From IMG/VR virus record IMGVR_UViG_3300046678_000067, positions 52,827-116,826 of that record: a DNA stretch of 64,000 nucleotides. One strand, 5' to 3'. Position numbers and translations under genes: made by a program. The notes beneath the pieces are model-generated. The model was not told the DNA's origin and ran no database searches. It saw nothing but the letters and a program-made list of their open reading frames with translations. This DNA is from a virus (lineage: Duplodnaviria > Caudoviricetes). Below are positions 7,967-14,076 of this stretch, in pieces. Each line of letters starts with the position of its first letter. The first letter of the stretch is position 1.

Positions 7967-8081
7967 GATTGTGTGTCAAGGCGACCACTATACAGGATGA
8001 TGTGGGGAAGCGACAAAACAGGCGTCGGTCCTTCCAGGTATAGCGTTCCACAGATAGGTTCGATTCCTTACGCAATCACCA
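7967..8081 (+). ncRNA. tRNA-like RNA with extended central arm
   Basis: Acceptor GATTGTG/CGCAATC+ACCA; GGTTCGATTCC; CTATAC...GTATAG long arm. Confidence 0.65.
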
Positions 8082-8089
8082 AGTTTTAT

Positions 8090-8164
8090 CCCGCGTTCGT
8101 TTATTGGTAGGATGGGCGATATGTTCATCGTCAGAATGAGGTTCGATTCCTTGACGCGGGGCCA
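8090..8164 (+). tRNA. Atypical tRNA/pseudo-tRNA (abnormal anticodon loop)
   Basis: CCCGCGT/ACGCGGG+GCCA; T arm present; anticodon loop TATGTTCA is not 7 nt. Confidence 0.6.
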
Positions 8165-8184
8165 GTACTAAGTATTATTACAAT

Positions 8185-8260
8185 ACCAGGGTAACTCAGT
8201 TGGTAGAGTAGCGGACCGATAATCCGTTAGTCGCAGGTTCGAGTCCTGCCCCTGGTACCA
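8185..8260 (+). tRNA. tRNA-Ile(GAT)
   Basis: GCGGA-CCGATAA-TCCGT (C33); CCA. Confidence 0.9.
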
Positions 8261-8276
8261 AATTTGAAAGGATGAT

Positions 8277-8531
8277 ATGGGAAAGTTTTCTGAATTGCAT
8301 GAACGTATTGAGGAACCGGATGAATCTGGTTTCATTCATAATGCTACTGCTCAAGCTAGACATCCTGGATCTATCCGGCATGAAGCAAGGGTAAAGCCGG
8401 TTGGTTCTAAGTACCGGGTTACTCATTATCAAAACGGCAAGTATCAAGGCAAAGCCTCTGATCGGCATTTTGATGATAAAGACGAAGCGATCAATCACGC
8501 TAACACTCACGTGCAGCGAAACGTTCGCTAA
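8277..8531 (+). CDS. Hypothetical protein within tRNA array
   Basis: AAGGA SD, 84 aa. Confidence 0.6.
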   Translation: MGKFSELHERIEEPDESGFIHNATAQARHPGSIRHEARVKPVGSKYRVTHYQNGKYQGKASDRHFDDKDEAINHANTHVQRNVR

Positions 8532-8541
8532 GTAATTTTAT

Positions 8542-8631
8542 GGAAATGTGGCAGAGAGGTCTATTGCACCTGCCTAGAAAGCAGACGGTCGGTTCGCTGG
8601 CCCGTGAGTTCGAATCTCACCGTTTCCGCCA
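8542..8631 (+). tRNA. tRNA-Ser(AGA)
   Basis: Loop CTAGAAA; long variable arm; G73; CCA. Confidence 0.85.
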
Positions 8632-8638
8632 AGTTTAT

Positions 8639-8727
8639 GGAAGTTTGCCAGAGTGGCTTATTGGGTCTCCCTGCTAAGGAGCACGCTGGAAAACGGCACG
8701 AAGGTTCGAATCCTTCAACTTCCGCCA
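8639..8727 (+). tRNA. tRNA-Ser(GCT)
   Basis: Loop CTGCTAA; long variable arm; GCCA. Confidence 0.92.
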
Positions 8728-8801
8728 ATTAGGAGATTTATGTTTATTGTTCATCATTATAAGGCTTCTCATATAGGTAACTAACCTTATGAGGAGCAAA
8801 A

Positions 8802-9236
8802 ATGAGCAGAACCTTTCGACGTAAGAATATTGAAGATACATACGGTTGCAGTTGGAACCGTCGCGGTCGTAAGTCGGGTGGCTTCTATAGCACCTATGAT
8901 GCTGGTGAGATGGGCAAGAAGCGTTTCACCAAGCGACATGAATATGAAGAAGATGGTTTGATCTTCATCGAATGTAAGACTGGGTGGACTTGGAAACGAG
9001 ATTGCCCAACTTATCGTCCGATGACTGATGCTGAGCGTAATGATCGCTTTCGCCGGTTACACGGAGAAAGCCGCAGCCGTAATGCTTGGACTCCTGGTCG
9101 ATCCTATCGTCATGCGCGTGAAGTAAGATTGAGGACTCACAATAAGCAGGAGTTGATTCGTTATATGAAAGACCCTGAGAATTATGAGCCTATGGTGTTT
9201 GAGAATCCCGAGAGTCATATGTGGGATTGGTCGTAA
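8802..9236 (+). CDS. Arg-rich hypothetical protein
   Basis: GAGGAG SD; MSRTFRRK...WDWS. Confidence 0.7.
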   Translation: MSRTFRRKNIEDTYGCSWNRRGRKSGGFYSTYDAGEMGKKRFTKRHEYEEDGLIFIECKTGWTWKRDCPTYRPMTDAERNDRFRRLHGESRSRNAWTPGRSYRHAREVRLRTHNKQELIRYMKDPENYEPMVFENPESHMWDWS

Positions 9237-9399
9237 AGAGTACAATCGACAGTCAGCGGGCTTTAAACTCCCGCCTAATGCAAGCTGAAGTTACAGCTGA
9301 TTCCCCTTGGACGCTTGGGGATACGATATGCTTAAGAGAAGCCACCCGGCACCTTGAAGTGTCTACGGGACGATGGTACCCCGTCCGAATTAACAAAGG

Positions 9400-10230
9400 A
9401 TGAGAATGAAAAAGCTACTTGCTGCACTATTGATCGCCGCTGGCGTATTTGGTCTAGTTGACGGTTCTACCGCAGCTACAAATGAAGTTGGACAAACGTC
9501 TAGTATTGCTGTTGAGGCACCTTTTGGTCTACCGACTGACAACGTAGATGGTACGATTGTAGCTCACAAGGCTTTCGTATTGAAGCACGATAATGCGGCC
9601 AAGATTCCGGTTTGGGTTGCTTATACCCTAACTCCTCAACATACTGAAGGGTTAGTTGCACGTCAGGATAGTTTTAAGGCCGATGCTCTTCTACACGAAG
9701 GTCAACGGGCTGAACTGAATGACTATCGCAATAGCGGCTATGACAAGGGCCATTTGGCTAACAATGCAGATATGGCTTGGGAACTAGATGTCGACCAGGA
9801 CAGTTTCCTGTTGTCTAATATGGCACCTCAACTACATGCTTTCAATGCAGGTATTTGGGAGGAACTGGAAGAAAATGTTCGCGGTTGGGCGTTTAATCGT
9901 CAACACACGATGCTAGTATATGATGGTCCAATCTACAATAAGCAAGATAAGACTATCGGCGCTGATCACGTAGTTGTCCCGCATTCGTTCTATAAGATCG
10001 TTGTGGATGAAGTAACTAAAGAGTCTATGACTTTTGTGTTCCCTCATCAGGCTATCTCGATTAAAGCTGATATGACGCCTTATCTGGTATCTGTCGATGC
10101 GGTTGAGAAAGCGACTGGCGTTTCATTCCCGGTTCCTGGTAGTAAGACAGTGGTTGCTAAGGTTGTATGGCCGGATGATCTATCGAAGTTTAAAGCCGAT
10201 AAATCAGCGAAAAAAGCAGCCGCTAAGTAA
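9400..10230 (+). CDS. Secreted DNA/RNA non-specific endonuclease (Serratia/NucA family)
   Basis: Signal peptide MKKLLAALLIAAG; WVAY, GYDKGH, SNMAPQ..FNAGIWEELE, VPHSFYK. Confidence 0.9.
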   Translation: MRMKKLLAALLIAAGVFGLVDGSTAATNEVGQTSSIAVEAPFGLPTDNVDGTIVAHKAFVLKHDNAAKIPVWVAYTLTPQHTEGLVARQDSFKADALLHEGQRAELNDYRNSGYDKGHLANNADMAWELDVDQDSFLLSNMAPQLHAFNAGIWEELEENVRGWAFNRQHTMLVYDGPIYNKQDKTIGADHVVVPHSFYKIVVDEVTKESMTFVFPHQAISIKADMTPYLVSVDAVEKATGVSFPVPGSKTVVAKVVWPDDLSKFKADKSAKKAAAK

Positions 10231-10248
10231 TTTTGTAAGAAAGAAAAT

Positions 10249-10324
10249 GACGCGTTAACTCAGCTGGTAGAGTGCTAGACTGTCTATCTGGAAGTCAGGG
10301 GTTCGAATCCCCTACGCGTCGCCA
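10249..10324 (+). tRNA. tRNA-Asp(GTC)
   Basis: CTAGA-CTGTCTA-TCTGG; GCCA. Confidence 0.92.
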
Positions 10325-10331
10325 AATTAAT

Positions 10332-10405
10332 GCAGGTGTGGTATAGAGGTTGTGCCTTGGACTTCCACTCCAATGAGACGGGTTCGAATCCTGTCACCTG
10401 CTCCA
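10332..10405 (+). tRNA. tRNA-Gly(TCC)
   Basis: TTGGA-CTTCCAC-TCCAA; TCCA. Confidence 0.92.
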
Positions 10406-10415
10406 AATAGGAAAT

Positions 10416-10625
10416 GTGATGTATCGTTACAAAGATATGGTTGCTGCTGGTACTTCGGTTCTGGGAACTCTCATCAAAGAGAAAGCGCATCCTTCTGTAA
10501 TTGAGACAGTATATCAACGCGCTAATGCGGATTTTCTGAAAAGCTATCCGCAATGCGATGATGCTTGGTTTATGAGGATGAATAATGGGATCGTTAGTAA
10601 AGCTGATCAAAGACTGTCTAACTGA
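10416..10625 (+). CDS. Hypothetical protein
   Basis: Short ORF with AGGA SD. Confidence 0.5.
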   Translation: MMYRYKDMVAAGTSVLGTLIKEKAHPSVIETVYQRANADFLKSYPQCDDAWFMRMNNGIVSKADQRLSN

Positions 10626-10836
10626 AAATGATGGCGTGTCTTATTGTCCTTTCCGCGTAGCTGGTGCAGCTTTGGCCACTTCTGGAATTCCGGCTTTCGT
10701 CGGTGGGGCTATCGTTGATATCTATAAGCACGGTACTCTTGATTATGTAACATTCGGCACTGGTTTCGGTGCTATGATGGCCGGTCTTGCTGCCCTAGCT
10801 GGCGGCGTAGCTTTTAAAGCGAAAACCGACCGTTAA
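10585..10836 (+). CDS. Small two-TM membrane protein
   Basis: Two hydrophobic Gly/Ala-rich segments; GAGGA SD. Confidence 0.6.
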   Translation: MGSLVKLIKDCLTENDGVSYCPFRVAGAALATSGIPAFVGGAIVDIYKHGTLDYVTFGTGFGAMMAGLAALAGGVAFKAKTDR

Positions 10837-10900
10837 TGTTGTACTAAGTATTTTTTGTAGAGTCTCCTTAAGGGATGATTCTTCAAGCTCATACTTAGGA

Positions 10901-10973
10901 GTGGCTATATCTTAATTGGTAAAGAACTGGACTGTGAATCCGGTAAATATGGGTTCAAGCCCCATTAGTCACC
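10901..10973 (+). tRNA. tRNA-His(GTG), no encoded CCA
   Basis: CTGGA-CTGTGAA-TCCGG; GTGGCTA/TAGTCAC; C73. Confidence 0.85.
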
Positions 10974-11004
10974 CCTAAGTAAGTTTATGTAGTTGTTTTA
11001 CTAT

Positions 11005-11080
11005 TCCTCAGTAGCTCAGTTGGTAGAGCGTCGCACTGTTAATGCGTTGGTCGTAGGTTCAAGTCCTGCCTGGGGAGCCA
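11005..11080 (+). tRNA. tRNA-Asn(GTT)
   Basis: Loop CTGTTAA; GCCA. Confidence 0.93.
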
Positions 11081-11099
11081 GATTTTTGTAGTAACCTGT

Positions 11100-11171
11100 T
11101 GCGGGTTCCCAAGGGGGACTGCGGTCTCATAAGCCGTCTGGGAGTGGGTTCGATTCCTGCGCCCGCAACCA
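11100..11171 (+). tRNA. tRNA-Met(CAT), shortened D arm (initiator-like)
   Basis: TGCGGGT/GCCCGCA+ACCA; loop CTCATAA. Confidence 0.75.
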
Positions 11172-11181
11172 AAGTTTCATT

Positions 11182-11257
11182 CCGCGAGTAGCTCAATTGG
11201 TAGAGCGCTACCCTGAAGAGGTAGGCGTTGGAGGTTCAAGTCCTTCCTTGCGGACCA
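11182..11257 (+). tRNA. tRNA-Phe(GAA)
   Basis: CTACC-CTGAAGA-GGTAG; ACCA. Confidence 0.92.
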
Positions 11258-11266
11258 AGTTTCAAT

Positions 11267-11348
11267 CCTCGGTTTAGTGTAGAGGCCAAGCACAGTTGGG
11301 CGTCTAGTCCCTTCAGACATGGGTTCGAATCCCATAACCAGAGGTCCG
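11267..11348 (+). pseudogene. Degenerate tRNA-like element
   Basis: D arm GTGT..GCAC and T arm ATGGG-TTCGAAT-CCCAT intact; anticodon arm and 3' end irregular. Confidence 0.55.
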
Positions 11349-11356
11349 AGTTTAAT

Positions 11357-11432
11357 CAGGGTGTAATGTCAGCGGTAGACGGCGTGCTTTGGAAGCATGA
11401 GGCCGTAGGTTCGATCCCTACCACCCTGACCA
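11357..11432 (+). tRNA. tRNA-Pro(TGG)
   Basis: CGTGC-TTTGGAA-GCATG; ACCA. Confidence 0.92.
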
Positions 11433-11440
11433 AGTTTTAT

Positions 11441-11525
11441 GCGCGAGTGATGGAATTGGTAGTCTTGTCCGCCTTAGAAGCGGATGCCGTGAGGCGTGTC
11501 GGTTCGAGTCCGACCTTGCGCACCA
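11441..11525 (+). tRNA. tRNA-Leu(TAG)
   Basis: TCCGC-CTTAGAA-GCGGA; long variable arm. Confidence 0.93.
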
Positions 11526-11631
11526 AGTTTTAAAGAATTTGCCTTGCCACCAGTGGCGGTAAATGAAGACCGTTTGAGGAGATAATCGCGGCGCCAGTTC
11601 CCCGAAGTTACTGGTTTCTCCACTAATTATT

Positions 11632-11716
11632 GCCAGAGTGGTGTAATAGGTAGATGCAGCGGATTCAAAATCCGCCGTCGAAAGGCGTGCCGGTTCGAAT
11701 CCGGCCTTTGGCACCA
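11632..11716 (+). tRNA. tRNA-Leu(CAA)
   Basis: GCGGA-TTCAAAA-TCCGC; long variable arm. Confidence 0.93.
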
Positions 11717-11779
11717 AATTCCTCATGTTCGGGAAAATATGGGAAGGGATCGTTGACGGGCAACGTTAAAATCCGCAAT

Positions 11780-11856
11780 GCCCCGTTAGCTCAGTTGGCC
11801 AGAGCGTCTGCCTTGTAAGCAGAGGGTCGGCGGTTCGAATCCGTCACGTGGCACCA
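11780..11856 (+). tRNA. tRNA-Thr(TGT)
   Basis: TCTGC-CTTGTAA-GCAGA. Confidence 0.93.
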
Positions 11857-11873
11857 GAATTATGTTTTACTGT

Positions 11874-11949
11874 TGGGGTGTCGCCTAGAGGCCCAAGGCA
11901 ATCGGCTTTGACCCGGTTATCGTAGGTTCGAATCCTACCGCCCCTGCCA
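11874..11949 (+). tRNA. tRNA-Gln(TTG)
   Basis: ATCGG-CTTTGAC-CCGGT; GCCA. Confidence 0.9.
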
Positions 11950-12034
11950 ATTTCAGGCGATTCACCGCCTTAAGTGTGAACTTGAAATAGTATGATTGTG
12001 TTCGCCGGTACACGTAAAATAACGGCACGATTTT

Positions 12035-12113
12035 GGGCTTTGGGACTGCTTGGAGTGGTCGCCTGCTTTGCAAGCAGGATAACAGGTCGGTTCGAATCCG
12101 ACAAGGTCCACCA
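12035..12113 (+). tRNA. tRNA-Ala(TGC)
   Basis: CCTGC-TTTGCAA-GCAGG; G3-U70 identity pair. Confidence 0.92.
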
Positions 12114-12119
12114 AGATTC

Positions 12120-12206
12120 GGAGTGGAAGCATCAACGGTGATGCAGCGGACTGTAAATCCGCCGCCCCAACGGGCACGCCTGGTTCGATCCCAGGACACT
12201 CCACCA
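12120..12206 (+). tRNA. tRNA-Tyr(GTA)
   Basis: GCGGA-CTGTAAA-TCCGC; long variable arm. Confidence 0.93.
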
Positions 12207-12211
12207 ATTAT

Positions 12212-12351
12212 GGGATGATCTACACAAGTATATTGTGGAACCTTTTCTGCTAGCGCTGGCCGCATCGGAGAAGCAATATATTTGCTCCGGTGCACGTAGA
12301 ATGCTGGGTTGATCTCCAGCTGGGTTGGTTCGACTCCTTCTCATCCCTCCG
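12212..12351 (+). ncRNA. ~140-nt tRNA-like RNA with multibranched insert
   Basis: GGGATGA/TCATCCC terminal stem; GGTTCGACTCC T loop; internal hairpins GCATCGGAG/CTCCGGTGC and GCTGG/CCAGC. Confidence 0.6.
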
Positions 12352-12394
12352 TATTAGGCTCACCGGATGCCGCATTAGAAAATTCGGTACCAAT

Positions 12395-12469
12395 GTCGCA
12401 TTCGTCTATCGGTTAGGACATCAGGTTTTCAACCTGGTAAGGCGGGTTCAACTCCCGCATGCGACTCCA
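12395..12469 (+). tRNA. tRNA-Glu(TTC)
   Basis: TCAGG-TTTTCAA-CCTGG; CCA. Confidence 0.9.
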
Positions 12470-12519
12470 AATTAACAACGCTGCTGACGCCTCTTTACAA
12501 TGCGAAACACAGCAGAAAT

Positions 12520-12595
12520 GAGTGGTTGTTCTAACTGGTAAGATGCTGGCCTCCAAAGCCATGCGATCAGGGTTCAAATCCTTGGCTGCTCGCCA
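12520..12595 (+). tRNA. tRNA-Trp(CCA)
   Basis: Loop CTCCAAA; GCCA. Confidence 0.9.
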
Positions 12596-12630
12596 ATTTT
12601 GTATAATAAACTTTCATATATGGTTCATTT

Positions 12631-12668
12631 AAGCCCTGGGGAAACTCAGGGCTTTTTCTTTTTCTTTT
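12631..12668 (+). terminator. Rho-independent terminator ending tRNA operon
   Basis: AAGCCCTGGG-GAAA-CTCAGGGCTT followed by T-run. Confidence 0.85.
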
Positions 12669-12720
12669 CCGCATATTAGGGTATAATAGATGTATCCTAA
12701 CGATGGAGAGTATGTAAAAG

Positions 12721-12987
12721 ATGGCTGAAGCTAAAAGTATTAAAGTCTCTCGTGTGGTTGAGATTCCGGGAGTTCAACTAGACATGGATGTCGATGAAGC
12801 TATGATGCTTCGTGATGTTCTGTATAAGGTTGGTGGGTTTGAAGCTAGTCGAAGGATTCATGCAGATAGAATTCTGCAGGTTCTCGACAAACTTGTTCCT
12901 GTAAAGACCTGGTCCGATAAACCCGACTTGGTAGTCAGCAATGATGGATTGTGGTTCAAGTCGCCTAGTGAAATGGAAGGGAGTTAA
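12721..12987 (+). CDS. Hypothetical protein
   Basis: ORF downstream of TATAAT promoter (12682) with GGAG SD. Confidence 0.65.
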   Translation: MAEAKSIKVSRVVEIPGVQLDMDVDEAMMLRDVLYKVGGFEASRRIHADRILQVLDKLVPVKTWSDKPDLVVSNDGLWFKSPSEMEGS

Positions 12988-12989
12988 TT

Positions 12990-14063
12990 TTGAGTAAGCG
13001 TATTGGTGTATTGGCAGGGCGTTTCGCAGGTTATCATTTGAGTCATCACGAGCACGTTGTTCGTGCGGCCAACGAGAATGATGTTGTAGTGATTCTTTTG
13101 GGTTCGAGCAATCGTCGCATTTCGATTAAGAATCCATTCACGGTTGATCAGCGTCGTGAGATGATCATGGCGAATATTAATAGCGATTTCAATATTCCCC
13201 ATAAGGTCAAGTTCGTATTCAAGGAACTGCCGGATAATCCTTTTGATAACTATGCCTGGGCGCAAACCGTTCGTCATCTGGTTAACTCTCAAGCTCGTTG
13301 GGAAGACAAGATCACGTTGTACGGTAGCGATAAGGATGAATCGACGTTCTATCTGAAGATGTTCCCGGAATGGAATCAGGGTCTGACTGAAGCAACTAGC
13401 AACTTTGATGCATCTGCTCTGCGTAAGGCCTGGTTCGAAGGGCATCAAACTGATCGTTTCTTCAAGGATTTGCGCGATAAGGTTCCTTACGCAACGATGG
13501 ACTTTCTCCGCTCGCTGAAGTTCAATGAAGACCTTCAAGACGAATGGAAGTATTATCAAGATGAAGCGCTTCGTTTCAAGTGTTATCCGTATGCTGACAC
13601 GCTGAACTTCTGCTGCGGTGATGCTATTGTTCGTTGGCGCGATTACATCTTGTTCATCCGTCGCGGCCGCACTCCTGGTAAGGGTTGTTTGGCTACTCCA
13701 GGCGGATTCAAGAATCGCGATGAGACGTATATGCAAGCTGCGATTCGGGAATTCTATGAGGAATGTCGTCCCAATATTCCTCCTGCGGCTCTGGAGAAGT
13801 GTATCAAGACTTCTCATCTGTATGATGATGTTAGCCGTTCATTGGGTATTCCGCGTAATACGTTGGGCGTGTATTTCGATCTCACCCCTATGTTTGATGA
13901 TTTCCCTGAAATCTACCCGGCTGATGATGCGGCAAGCCACGAATGGATCCATATCGGTCAACTTGACGATGTAGCCAAAGAGACGTATGATGACCACGTC
14001 TTCATGGTGAAAGACCTGATTAAAAAATCAGACGATATTGACGAACTTCTGCTTCAACTTTAA
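12990..14063 (+). CDS. Bifunctional NMN adenylyltransferase / NUDIX ADP-ribose pyrophosphatase (NadM-Nudix)
   Basis: GRFAGYHLSH (HxGH-like), LGSS, KNPFT, ASALR; C-terminal PGGF...AAIREFYEE Nudix box, ADDA. Confidence 0.9.
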   Translation: MSKRIGVLAGRFAGYHLSHHEHVVRAANENDVVVILLGSSNRRISIKNPFTVDQRREMIMANINSDFNIPHKVKFVFKELPDNPFDNYAWAQTVRHLVNSQARWEDKITLYGSDKDESTFYLKMFPEWNQGLTEATSNFDASALRKAWFEGHQTDRFFKDLRDKVPYATMDFLRSLKFNEDLQDEWKYYQDEALRFKCYPYADTLNFCCGDAIVRWRDYILFIRRGRTPGKGCLATPGGFKNRDETYMQAAIREFYEECRPNIPPAALEKCIKTSHLYDDVSRSLGIPRNTLGVYFDLTPMFDDFPEIYPADDAASHEWIHIGQLDDVAKETYDDHVFMVKDLIKKSDDIDELLLQL

Positions 14064-14076
14064 TAGGAAATAACAA

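Noticed and set aside
7622-8110. ORFs overlapping the tRNA array (also those within 11228-12475)
   Set aside because: They are translations of tRNA or tRNA-like genes.
9255-9345. Twister or pistol ribozyme (CCGCCTAATGC... resembles a twister start)
   Set aside because: Could not place the conserved partner strands and pseudoknots; kept only as an unassigned structured RNA.
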